Positions 1 through 11,832 of a stretch of DNA of 64,000 nt are shown here, in pieces. Both the position numbers and the translations under genes were made by a program. This DNA comes from Oikopleura dioica (Eukaryota; Animalia; Chordata). The DNA lies in NCBI GenBank assembly GCA_907165135.1, contig OU015567.1, forward strand, positions 558,001 through 622,000, given 5' to 3'. The notes beneath the pieces are model-generated. The model was not told the origin of the DNA. It did no database searches and saw nothing but the letters and a program-made list of their open reading frames with translations. Position 1 is the first letter of the stretch, and the number at the start of each line of letters is the position of its first letter.

Positions 1-36
1 CAAAAAATAAATTGAAAATTGAACAAAAATATTCAG

Positions 37-981
37 AATCGGGACATTCAGAGGATCCATGCGAGAAAATCACCTGATCCAGCGCCCGAAACTCGGGCGT
101 TGCCTGGAGCGGGGTTATACTCTCCCTCCAGGCGCCACGTTTGGCCATAAAAATGTCAAATCTGACGGTGGTACTGCAGGTGCGCTTCAGTACTCTCCGC
201 TCAATGCAAGAATAAAGTCAGCTTCGCCGGAAATGATGCAGAAGGACTTTGTCAGGCTAAATCGAGCAGCGCTCAAGGCTGGCTGCATTTCTGCTTCTGG
301 ACAAAAACAGGTTTGTTTTCAAATGAAAGAAGCATTTCTTAAAATTTCGATTTTCAGTTTCGAGCATTGAATGATTACCGACTTACTCCTCCATCACGTG
401 ATGTCAAACCTCGAATTTCAGTTCCAGAAGATATGACATTCGGCAAACCGGTAACCTCCCTCCCTACTCCCCCCCCATCTTACTTAAATTCTAGTCACGA
501 CCAAAATCGCCAATCTACGAAGTCATCGAGCACAAATTCCAGAAAAACTGGCTGATTGAAAGAAAACTTCAAGATCAACGTCTCGCTCAGGTTTTTGATC
601 TCATTATAATTATATTTTTTAAAATTTCCAATAGCAAAAAGAAGAAGAATTAAACATCCAGCGGAAGAAACTTCAGGGCACCCTCACTTCTGCTCTCAGA
701 TCTACCCGATCAAAGGTTAAATTTTGACACCACTGAACAGCGATAACAATGTTTAAGAACCCAGATGATAAAGTAGATGGCCCGCAGTGGACAATGAAGC
801 GATTCAAATCCGCCGGGCCAAAGATAAATGCAAGTTTCTTTCGAAATTCTAGTTGATTATTCAATTCTAGAGCTTCCGAAGCAAGTCGGCAAAGGAAAGA
901 TCGGTTCATTTTTACGAAGACAGCAAGCATACTCAGCTGGGAAATCATAATCGAGGAATAATTGTGCCAGCGAAATCTTGA
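37..981 (+). CDS. CFAP77: Cilia- and flagella-associated protein 77 (C9orf171 family), 5'-truncated; exons 37-310, 358-450, 495-590, 635-715, 758-829, 871-981
   Basis: Spliced product RIGTFRGSMRENHLIQRPKLGRCLERGYTLP...KDFVRLNRAALKAGCISASGQKQFRALNDYRL...VPEDMTFGKPSRPKSPIYEVIEHKFQKNW...WTMKRFKSAGPKINSFRS. This aligns from memory with human CFAP77 blocks (RLGVVRDSM, YIAMNRGAVKAG, MTFGIRARPSTP, WHMPHF). Four GT-AG introns and one GC-AG intron, all 41-47 nt. Confidence 0.9.
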
Positions 982-1096
982 TTTTTCAATAAACTTGATC
1001 ATAAAAAAAACAATATGTATTTATTTTCTTGAAAAGAACATGTTTATTGAGTTAAAAAAAGACAGGATGTATTCTTCTCTTTTGAATTGATTTTCT

Positions 1097-1857
1097 TCAA
1101 TTGCTTCCGACGTAGTTTCCATCAAGTGGTCCACGGCTGTCGACATTCTTGGCCTCCTGACCTATGTAGTTTCCTGGAGGATTGTATCGGCCAACAGTCC
1201 AAGTTCCGAGGGAGTTGACTGCCTTCGCGTAGCAAGCGCTAGTGGTCGATTGCCAGACATTCTGGGTGAAGTGGCCGTAGACCTTGTCTTTCTTGCAAGT
1301 CGCGCTGGAGAAGTTCCAGTTGACATCTTCACTTTGGAACATGGTGACAGCAGAGCTCATGGTGCTTCCGCCCCAGGAGGACCAAGCGATGTTTTCGCCT
1401 TCTCCTGGTCGCTCAGAGCTTGCTAGATTACTTTTAGTCTTGAATCTCTGACTTGTTTTCCTTACGCGAATGCTCCAAAATAGGCTTTCCTTGAGCAAGA
1501 GACTTGTCGGCCAAATGCTGGGCCCACTTTTGAGCGCCTTCGCAGGTGGTCTTTGATGGAACAACGAAGTTGTTAGCTGCGTGGTTTTGTCGGTACTTGT
1601 TGTTTAGAACCAAAGCATCGCAGGCTTCGACAGCGTTGCGGTGGTAAGCGCTGAGGCTGTTGACGCAGTCGTCTTTGAAAGCACGTCCCTCTGGAGCCGC
1701 GAGAACTTCGGTCTTATGATTGGTTATTAAAATCGAGAAAACCATGACCTACCATGAATTCTTCATCGATGATCGAATCGTTGACGATGACACCTTGTCC
1801 GAGTCGTTCAGGAAGAATGCTTGCGGTCGCAATAGTGGCGAGGCAGAACACTTTCAT
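1097..1857 (-). CDS. Secreted CAP/SCP (PR-1/GAPR-1-like) domain protein, 225 aa; exons 1857-1753, 1712-1466, 1422-1097
   Basis: Signal peptide MKVFCLATIATAS. CAP motifs AQKWA, LEHS, GENIAW, GHFTQNVW and VGRYNPPGNY. Two short GT-AG introns join the ORF-track fragments in frame (678 nt total). Confidence 0.92.
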
Positions 1858-3554
1858 CTTTGTCTTCAACTTTTCTGTTTTCAGAATGAAGTGGCTTCAG
1901 AAGAGAACAGTGGGAATCAACACAGCATCTGCTCATTTCTCAATGTCTTCTAAGTAAAATTAAGATAAATTTTATTCTCATGAGAAGAAAATTATGAATA
2001 TCAGATGCTTGCACATCATATGACAGCTGGCCCTTGCTTCGCCGGTTTCGTTCGTTCTGTTGGTTTGTCATCGTTCCTCTCGCAGCCTGGCTGATAATCA
2101 CGATCATCAAAGCAACGAGAAATTTAAAATAAATTCAAAGAAACCGGAAGAAGGCCGAAAGGAAGAAACAACTGAACAAATCACTGGAAGCGACACTGCG
2201 AATAATTGTCGTCAAGATTATATTCATAGCGACTTGGTTGCCAAATATGCTCGAGACGTTTTATTATGCAAATACAATTACTGCTACTGATGGATGTAAT
2301 CGATCAGCGAGCGTATTTGCTTACGACGCATTTTATGACATTACTCTTGGATCTTTCACCAATCTTTTTTTTATCATTTGATGTGGAATGAAATTAATTT
2401 TTCCTTCAGATTTGAGATTAGGACATCCAACAATAAGAACGCCAAATAAATCACACAACTCACGCGAGTTTCAGCGGACTCAAACACATAAAATCAGGAG
2501 AGACTGCCTAACTGTCAGCTTACTGATTATCTTTCGGTTGGCCACTCGCCTAAAAACGCTCCATTTTTTCAAAGACCAGCGCCGAGATCTCTGATGCGGA
2601 CGATTAAGAGGTCTTTAGAGAGAGAATAAAAAGCTGATCAAGAATATGCTAGTCTTATTCTTGCAAAATGATATTCGTCATTTTTAGAGAGATCAACCAT
2701 ATATAAAAATTTTCATTGGAAAATAAATTAATTTGCTTAATTTGATTATTCGTGATGTCAATCTTTGAACAAAACCTTATCGAAGAGACAACTAAGTGCG
2801 AAAAATTATTTTTTCCTTTAGGCCTTAGCCAATGATTTTCTTTTGGAATCATCAAGAAAATTTAGTCTGATTGACAAAACCTTGCCTTGATGTTTTTTTC
2901 CGATTTTTTTGTAATAAATAATTAATCCTTTTTGTATCAACGGCATTTTAAGCATTCAAAAAAACTTATCAATGCCCTTTGAATGAAGAATCGCTGAAAA
3001 TTGTGATCTTATCGATTGTGAACTTGAGCGCCCGCGAGCCAAAATCTGTCGATTGCTGGAATCTGTTTCGAAAAATTATTTTGGAAATAATATAATAAAT
3101 ATTTTGGAAAAAATAAAATTAAGATTATCGATTTATTTTTGAAAACTTCGATATAATAAATACTTTTAAATGCAAATGATATAAAACTTTAAGCCTGCTA
3201 AACATTTATTTCAATTCTATTTATTTAAGTTGTGAAATAAAAGTAGACACTGAAAATGTATCGAGTGTCCCGAATCTCACCGATGTCCCCTAATAATTCT
3301 AATAATCCGAAGGTCCCCGTCGGATCTTACATTAACAAAAGAAAAAAAGAACTCAGAATTTTTTTTTGGCTTAAGTACGTAATTGTTTTTGTTAAAATTC
3401 AAGGAGAAGATCGCACAATTAATGGTAGAAAAATCATTATATTTGCTAAATAATCGCCTCTAACAAATTTTTTGAAAATTTTTTAATTTTTTGCGCTTTA
3501 ATTTAAAAAAGTAAATTATTGAAGACATAAAAGAGATTTGGAATATATGCTTAA

Positions 3555-3923
3555 GGGGGGATGGACGAGAATTTTTCAGGGGTGATCATAATTTCGCTTG
3601 TATACATAGTCTGTAGATGAAACTTATCCTTTTTGAATTAACAGATTCTACCGAATCTATCGAGCCAAAAATCAGTCGATAAAAATGAGATTTAGGGGTA
3701 AAATAAAGAAACTTGCGAAAAAAATGACCATTTTTGGTGCATGTTTGCGGAAATGGCCCTACTTTGACGAGATTTTTGACCGGTTTTCTAGTCAAAATTT
3801 TTGACTTCTCGCCGGCTTATTTTTTCAACCCTTTTCTATTCGCCAGTAAATTTAGCTTTTGCCTATCTGATCAGGTTTTCCCGCATTTTAGGTCACGGAA
3901 ATCCCGATTCTCGACGAGCCCCC
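3555..3923. mobile_element. TTAA-flanked MITE, family A (Kolobok/T2-like), 369 bp
   Basis: TTAA at 3551-3554 and 3924-3927. Imperfect TIR GGGGG(GATGGA/CTCGT)CGAGAAT. Interior is homologous to 42323-42699 (shared aaaatgacc..tttttgg..gaaatggccctacttt and atcaggttttcccgc). Confidence 0.85.
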
Positions 3924-3927
3924 TTAA

Positions 3928-4036
3928 GGAGGTATAGGGCGGTTCTCGGGAAATTGATCGTTTGAAAACAGCTCTCAGGCTCAGATGGATAAGAAAATTT
4001 AAAATTCGAATCTTCGCCAAGCCGCCCCATACCTCC
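3928..4036. mobile_element. 109-bp TTAA-flanked MITE (Kolobok-like)
   Basis: TIR GGAGGTATAGGGCGG at the left end and CCGCCCCATACCTCC at the right. TTAA at 3924-3927 (shared with the neighbouring element) and 4037-4040. Confidence 0.88.
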
Positions 4037-5127
4037 TTAATGGATTTAAATGGACAAAACTAATTTTCTTCTTCTTTTGCGTTTTTATCGTTTTCCTTCG
4101 ATAGTTCTTTTTCTTTTGCTACTGATTCTTTATTCGCGTGTCTGAAAGCAAGGATGAATGATCAACAAAAAATGATTCTTTATGATTTTAACGCTCCTTT
4201 TCTAAGAAACCAAGTCTCAGCAGAATATAAGAAAACATACTTTTGTTTCGTTTGGGCTTCTGTTTCTGTCATTTGCTCAGGAAGATTAACATGTTGCTCA
4301 TTGCAACAATCAATTATCAATGAAAATGTCGTCCCCATACAAAGTATTCTTCTGAATAAAAATTTTTATGACATAACGTTAAAAAATTTTAGACAATTAA
4401 TTTAAATGAATAGGGTAACAGAAAAAAATTATATCATGGATAGGGTTTCTATCGGGAATGCGGCGCGCGGCGCGGCGCTTTTCCTATAAAATGTTCGATC
4501 CCTTATTCCTTACTTGATCTAAATTTTCAGTAAAAAACATTTTGATACAGTCATTTTGATGGCGCTGATTCATAATTTGCCCTTAAAATTTTTCAAAAAA
4601 AGCGAAGAAATCCCTTCAATTTGCGAAAAAATCACTCTTAATACGTCTAAATAAAGTTTTAAAACTCTGATTTTTTGATACAGTGTGAAGCACTTTTAAG
4701 GCCGATTTTCGGATGACAGCGAATTTCAAAAGTGGCCTTAAAATGGATATTTTTGTCTCGAGTCGGATGACAACAATTTTTTTTTCTTTCTTGGGAAAAA
4801 AGATAAATGAGGGTTCATAAAATTATTCGGAACTTAACTTTCTTTCACTGTTTTTGGAATATACTTTCAACTTATTTCCTAAAAAATAGAAATAGTATTA
4901 TTTTTTTTCGCCCGAACAAAATATGAATTGTAGCCTTTTTCAGAATGTTAAACTTTTCAGAATTGAACTCAACATGATTCTTTCTGTCATTTTTTCAAAA
5001 ATAATATTTGTAAAGCATTAAGGGTAGAGTAAGACGTTTTTCTTTAGTCTATCAAAATTTCGAAAGGGGGGGACACAAGGAACCAACCAAAACCAGCAGA
5101 AGAATGGGTAGAACTGACGGCGCGCTA

Positions 5128-5419
5128 CCCCCCTAGGATTATTTTTGTGGACGCGATAAGGGGCGTCATGACGAGCTCTATCGAAAATTCCTTTCGTCCG
5201 GCCCACAGGCTGAATCATAGACACAGATGCAGTCTCCAGCAAAATCCCAAAGTTGAATCATCGGCAATCGCTTTGATTGGACATCACCCCTTGACTCCAC
5301 GTGGAGCTTTTGGATATGAGCCCCTGAGTCTGATTCAACCTGTGGGCCGGACGATAGGAATTTTTGATAGAGCTCGTCATGACGCCCCTTATCGCGTCCA
5401 CAAAAATAATCCTTGGGGG
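5128..5419. mobile_element. TA-flanked MITE with ~95-bp TIRs, nested in the hAT element
   Basis: ccccctaggattatttttgtggacgcgataaggggcgtcatgacgagctctatc... is mirrored at 5325-5419. TA on both sides. The overlapping ORF-track hits at 5018-5506 are artefacts of this inverted repeat. Confidence 0.85.
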
Positions 5420-5776
5420 TAGTGCATTACGCAGTGAAAGCGCTGCAAAAATGAGTTTTTCTTCCTTTACGGTATTCAAATAAACTTGTAGAACTCTGAT
5501 TTTCATATATTTTGTTAAACAAAGCGCACTTGATATTCTGTTAAAATTTCATGAGGGGGCTAAAAGCGAAACCTTCCAAAACCACCGGATGACTGAGAGT
5601 GACGCGCTTACTAAGGCTCTTTCCATGCGCTTGGACTCTGTTGACATTGCTCCCCGTGTAAGGTTCGAACCTTTTTGCATAAGGTGACAAAACCTAGTGG
5701 TTCGATATGAAATCTAGGGATTTCCGGAACTCATTCCATTAGTACTATGTAAATTATGAAATTAACACTTCCTGAA

Positions 5777-6090
5777 GGTAGACGGCGGGTTCCATTCTTT
5801 GTGAAGAATGATTCTTTTTTCAAAGAATGGTTCTTTTTCGCAAAGAATCATTCTTTTTTAAGAATACTTGAAACATCGCATAAAAGACAGTCAAAAGTTC
5901 AGAAACAAAATCCTGTTTATGCAAATAACTTAGGAGCGAGTGTGCGCTTCGCGCCAGTGATCAGGGAAACTCCAGAGAGTTTGATATCCAAGAATTTTTA
6001 TATATCCGAAAAACCTATTTTTACCTTATTTTCTCTAGAAAATTGGAAAAAAGAATGATTCTTTAAAAAGAATGGAATCCGCCGTCACCC
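5777..6090. mobile_element. Mutator(MULE)-like MITE, 314 bp, nested in the hAT element
   Basis: ~40-bp imperfect TIR GG(TA/GT)GACGGCGG(G/A)TTCCATTCTTT. 9-bp TSD CTTCCTGAA at 5768-5776 and 6091-6099. Confidence 0.8.
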
Positions 6091-6460
6091 CTTCCTGAAT
6101 TCGAAAAAAAAACTTGTCGACCATGAAATTGCTTCTCAAGAAGAGATTGACAGATCTAAAGAGACTCTTAATAACTTCAATATCGATTAAAATAAATAAG
6201 CTATCCTAATCTCCATCAAAAATTACCCATAGATATGAAATTTCCCCAAAAAAGCATGGATTTTGGTGATTTTCTCCAAGCGCACTAAAGGCGCGCCCCT
6301 CCTTGCGAGCACCACCACGCGTGTCTCTTGTCATTTTTTAAATAGCAGATTCGTGATCAGCACAAAAAACTGATATAAACACTTAAATTTCAAGAAAAAA
6401 GACAGAGTTCGATTTTCCCGATAGAAACCCTAATCATGGATCATAGAATAAGATTTGATT

Positions 6461-9288
6461 CTACTCCTTCGTATTTTGATCGATTTTAAAATTCCTTGAA
6501 TCGTTTGAATCTATTGATTCTATTTTTTGAGTTTTCGATGTTCGAAATTCGTTTTGATATTGGTCATAAGTTCGAAGTGGTGGTAAGCGATGATGTACAG
6601 CTCTATAATTCCTCAAGTTATTTTTGGGAGGATCAAGAAGAACTGGAATTTTCAAATGGAGCTCTGTCTCATCTTCATCGCTTATTTGATTATTTTCTTG
6701 ATTGCCTTCTTGATTTTCATGTTCTGGAAGTGAATTGGTATACGAAACAATATTGTCCGTGTCAATCTTGCAATCAATTTCGTTGAAATGACATGTGCAA
6801 AAAAACATTCGATGAAAACAGCATTGATCAGTACAGCCGCAGAAGAGTTTCCAGATTATATACTCTTAATGCATAAAATAATGACTTGAGCACTTTCCTT
6901 TTTCATTACCAAAACAGCTCTTTCTCTTCGGATTAAAAATATAGCGCTTCAAATTCCTCGGGAACGGTTTTTTTGATCCTTCTTCATAAAGTTCCACAGT
7001 AAAATGGTGACAATTTGAAGTGAAATTGCTGTATTCTGACCAGCCATTGTTTTTCATGGCGAAAAATTTTCGCCGGAAAGATGCAGTTATCTTAATTATT
7101 ATGAACAATTATTTCTTAAAAATCTTAAAAGCTTTAAAATAATCCATTATTTTTTCTTGTTCTTATGCCAATTGCTCGAAACATGCTGATTTGATTTTCT
7201 GTTTTTAGTGAATTCAATATTATAAATATATAATCGCATTCCAATAATTTTCCCTACATGATTATTCCAAGGCAGCCTCAACAGACAATTTTTATAAAGG
7301 ATTTTTATCTGATCATAACGAACAGAGGAAATAAATTCAATTCTTTTAATTCAAAAATCTTTTAAACCTCATTCAGCTCTTCAGCATTATCAGTTGGTAG
7401 ATCGTCCAATTTGATGAGTTCTTAAAGATTATTTTAAGAATTTAATAAATTTGAGAATAATTATCATTCTTGAATCGAATTTTAAAGAAAAAATATTTTA
7501 AAAGATTTAAAATATTTAAGTTCTGATCTTAAACGACAATATTTATAAATAGATAGCATCATAATATGAATGTTTACATCAAATGAGTCAAAGAGAATGA
7601 AGCGTTTTCCTCAATCTGTGGTAGAAACCTTCCTTATGAAGCAATATATTCTTATATTTTTACACAATCTTCCACAATATTTTTAGAAGGTCTTTTTTTA
7701 TCATTATTCCTATCGTTGCCTTACCGTGTTCAAATTTTTCAAAATTCGGTCGATTGGCTGATTTGCTTAGAAGGGTTAACTGGCAGCTTCCGCTCACATA
7801 GTCATATTTGAAGGGCCATACAATAAGGGCAGTGTGATAAGTCAAATCCCCACCGCAGCAGAAAATGTCCAGGATACGACTATTAATGGTCTCTCTTGTC
7901 ATCTTAAACAAAAATTTTAGGAGATTCATTAAAGATCAAGGGTTAAATGTCTCGTTTTACCAGTTTATTTTAAACAAAAAGGATAATTTCTATTTATTAA
8001 ATATATGATTGGCGCTCGCGCTCAGGATAGAATATGTTCTTTTATTTTAGTTGAATTCTTACCCAGATTGCTGACTCGATGGGAATTTTTTTAATATGAA
8101 ATAAATAATCATCTTTCTCTTGTTGATTAATAAAGCTATCTGCATTGTTTAAGCTTTTATCTGTAGGCAAATTCTGCGGTTTGTCGTCGAACAAATCTTC
8201 TTTGAGCAGATCAACCTGTTGACTGAAATCTTTCATCTTCAATCTTGTCGACCTTTCTGGGCTGATACTACTGCCGCGCCGAAGTTATTAATGTTTAATT
8301 GTTTTCCGAAATAAGATGATTTTTCGGATGACATGGGTTCAGGAAAAGTCCTTTTATAATGAAAATTTTCAAGTCGACCTTAGGTTACAGAGGAGTTTTT
8401 TTATTTTCTTAGTAAATTGATAAATTGCCGTTTATATGTACCAAAGAATTTTTAAGGGGTTTTGGATTAAAAACTAGGCTTTTTAACCGCATGGGACAGA
8501 AGGTGTTTTCCACTGCACTTAAGGACTTTCTAGCTAAATAACTTCCGAACGAATTGTCCAAATTAGATAAAAATTAAAATGGTTGTTCCTTCATATAATT
8601 TGAGCAGGTTGGTAAGTTTCAAGGAATTATCGATTACCAACCGCCCTCTGCACCGGATTATATGCGGCCTAATTGGCCTCCCGCTGAGTGTTTGCCTATT
8701 GAAACCGAACCAATATCAAGACTTTTGTCCACTAAAAGGGGTTTTATATGTTTTCGATATCGCTGATTTCAAATATTGAATTAACTTTTTCGAGAAATCT
8801 AAATAAGAGATAATTTTGAAACCCATCTGAGATAAATGCCTTTTTTTCTGCAAATTTTGATAGCGGATTTGAGATCTACACCCCAAAATTAGTAATACTA
8901 CTACCAATGGGTATAATTTTCAAGTTTATCCGACGACTAGTTTTCTTAAGTGCAGTGGAATACACCTTCTGTCCGAGTGCCTCTATCCCCCGATCTGTCC
9001 CACGCGGTTAAGGAGAAAGACTTCAACGAGACTGTTAAAGTTTTCAATGGTTGCGAAGTTCTCGAAAATGCTCATTGCCTGGCGCTTCAAATTGATGAAC
9101 GTTGAGCTGCGAAACAAGTAGAGATTGAAGAAGCGACTTAAGTTTAAGTGACTGATAAAGCCAATGTGAGGTATAATCGACAATTTTCCGAAAGAAAAAA
9201 TTGTCATTTCAGCGACAATCAGAAGTGCCAGCCCAGAAGTGCCAGCCAAGATATCCACTTGTGTACTGATGCTTTTTTTTCTAACCAT
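6461..9288 (-). CDS. Putative multi-exon gene (or two genes) of unknown product
   Basis: A chain of same-strand open segments (9288-9020, 8242-8070, 7900-7720, 7108-6866, 6808-6461), several bounded by GTAAG donors and AG acceptors. The first has a hydrophobic stretch. I could not build a full model or assign a family. Confidence 0.35.
8487..9007. mobile_element. piggyBac-like MITE, 521 bp
   Basis: TIR CCGC(A/G)TGGGACAGA plus an inner inverted GGACAGAAGGTGT(T/A)TTCCACTGCACTTAAG. TTAA at 8483-8486 and 9008-9011. Confidence 0.88.
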
Positions 9289-10999
9289 CTCTCTCTCTTT
9301 TTATCGAACTTTATTTTATCTGTCGACGGGCAGGAGGTAACCGATTTATAAGATCATCACCATAGACACTGTTTGATTTTTCAGAAAAGCTCTGCATGAA
9401 TCAAAATTCCCATAAAAATGAATTCATGTGGGGGGACGGGGGTTGGTTTTCATTTTTTTTTTCTCGAGAAACCTGTTTTTGGCCATTTAATTTTTTTATT
9501 TTTATGAGCACAGAAATTTAAGTCGGATCTTTGCTGTTAGATTTGGTGCACAGGCAGACAAGGACTTTTTTGCTATAATAATCCATTTTTTAAAAAGCGT
9601 TACCTGGATACGACAAAAGGTTTAGAATGCGTTTTCGTGTGCCCGCCCTAGCTGTAGCGACATTCTCGAAAAGAGCATCGCCCTGACCCCGGATGTTACT
9701 TTCTCGACCTTCGCAAATCATGAGCTTTGTTCATCTGCAATTCCAGTAAAATCAGCCCTCCGCTTCTTCGCTTTTTTAATAAAGTTGAATGTTCACAGAA
9801 ATTGGTGCACCGCAATTTGACGTCCGGCGGCGCGGAACACGCGATAATAAAAATGGAAATATTATATCGAGGCGGCGCGGGAATGTCGGGAACAACCGGT
9901 CACGTGGTCACCGCGGTGGAAATGATGACGACGGAGAGAGGTTTTTGGGGAGACATACTTGAATGTACAACTATTGTAATTTTTGGGAGAATGATGTAAC
10001 ATGCATTTTTCTGTTTTTTCGACTTGAAAATAGGAAAGATTGAGCATCTTAAATAACTGTTACTGAATCGATTATTCTAAATAATCACAAAATCAAGCAT
10101 AAGGGTACTACCGTCGATTTTCCAAATAACCGAAAATGCTACAAATTTTTTTGTCTTTTTTCGGAAGTTGGTGACTTCGAGCCAAAATTTATCCTGTTTC
10201 TACTCGAGAAATCAAGAAATCCTTCTGACAAATTCAAGATCTAAGATAGATCTACTGCTTTAGTTATTTCTGCTAACATTGATAGGTTTTGAGTTATTCG
10301 ACCGTCAAGTTGGGGAAATCGAAGTTAGTACCCTTAAAATCAGGAGCTGAATTTTGAGCAAGCTCAACTCGACTTTGAACTCAATCTTTTAGTCGTTTAA
10401 TTATTGGCATGCGTTATTGGCAAGATCATGAGTAGCAAACCAAATCTTACGTTGCGGCATTGCCGAAAATAAATTAATCCGGAAGCGACTCGCTTTTGTA
10501 AACAGGCAAACCCACGGCGACTGACGGAAATGAAGCTGCTGGAAACGCGATTTGTTTAACAAACGGGAAAGTTTATTTTCGAGTGATTTCTTTTACGTAT
10601 TCTAACTGCTTCGGTTTGAGAAACTCACGAGAGACGCTCTTTTTTGGTTCTCCTTTTTTCAGAATAAAAATTATCTTTCGCTTGATAAGTTTATTTTTCA
10701 ATTGGAAAAAAGACCGTTTTTTATCAAGAAAAATTCACTCGAAGCCGTCGCGATAAAACGTTCACAGCGCTTCCGGCTGATGATCGCTTGCTGAATTCAG
10801 CAATGGCGACTGTGGAACTTGTCACCCCTTGTCAAGACGCTGCATCTCACTTCACTGCCAATTATCATATCGCATGTTATCGCCACCCGTTGTTTTTGCT
10901 CTAGCTTTCGAGCAAAAAGCGAAAACGTGTGTGAATAAACAGTCATTTTTATTAAAAAATTTATTTGACCCTGACTCTGGTTTTCTGGTACCAGCTTTT

Positions 11000-11347
11000 C
11001 TCGGCAACCTATGTAGAAAACCTGACTCAGGATTCTGAAAAATCCGTGTAGCCAGTCAATTCTTCAGATTCTGGCAAAGCCGCTTCGCGGCTTCATTTTT
11101 TAAATGGCCGCTACGCGACTTTTTTGAAGATTTTTTCACCCTGACTCAGATTTTCTTCTCAAATTTCTGATACCAGATCGGCTCGGAAATCTGTGTAGAA
11201 TCCTGACTCAGGATCCTGAAAAAACCAATCAATTTTTCAGACTCTGGCAAAGCCGCTCCGCGACTTCGTTTTTTAAAAAGCCGCTTTGCGGCTTTTATTG
11301 AAGACTTTTCTAAACCCTGACTCAGGGTTTCCATTCAGGTTGCCGAG
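11000..11347. mobile_element. CCTGACTCAGG-family MITE with two ~180-bp internal units
   Basis: Ends CTCGGCAACCT and AGGTTGCCGAG. Repeated CCTGACTCAG motifs and AAGCCGC(TTC)GCGGC hairpins. Same termini as 32790-32945. Confidence 0.8.
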
Positions 11348-11832
11348 CAAAGAAAAAAGGTCAGGAATCCTGACTCAGGATACTAAAAATAGATTGATTT
11401 ATAATCCGACTCATAACTTCTATCAAACATTTCTGTCGGAAGTTACGAGTCTCGTAATTTTTGATGAATTGCTTTTTACGTTCATTTTCGAATCGTCGTC
11501 GTTATTTGATGTTTTAGAAACGAGCGGCTGAGAGAGAGAGAAAAGCTTGTTTCTGCGGGTAACCGCGCCTTCTGGTAACTTCTCAATTTAAATGTTTCTT
11601 TGCGCCGCGGTTGGAAGATGTTTGCAGCGGAGAATTACAACGGTAGAAGCGGGATTACAGCGGATAGAGAGGAACGTACCAGACCACTTCTATCACCATA
11701 AAACATCAGAAATAGAACCGTTTTTGGGAAAATTCGCCATATTTAATGAGCGTGAAGATAAAGTTCAATTATTTCCTCTGCAAATAGCTAACGATTGGAA
11801 GATTTGAGTAAAACTCATTCAAAAGTGAATAA

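Larger units (their letters stand above)
4441..6432. mobile_element. Non-autonomous hAT-like element, 1992 bp, hosting nested MITEs
   Basis: Perfect 18-bp TIR TAGGGTTTCTATCGGGAA. 8-bp TSD ATCATGGA at 4433-4440 and 6433-6440. Confidence 0.9.

Noticed and set aside
2000-2630. Small plus-strand gene with a TM-like segment
   Set aside because: It needs several unsupported non-canonical junctions, and no start codon was found.
5660-5673. tRNA T-loop-like GGTTCGAACC
   Set aside because: It is a 14-bp palindrome inside a TE with no surrounding tRNA structure.
8983-9288. SK-type K+ channel segment
   Set aside because: Only a vague hydrophobic resemblance. No pore GYG motif or calmodulin-binding region was found in nearby exons.
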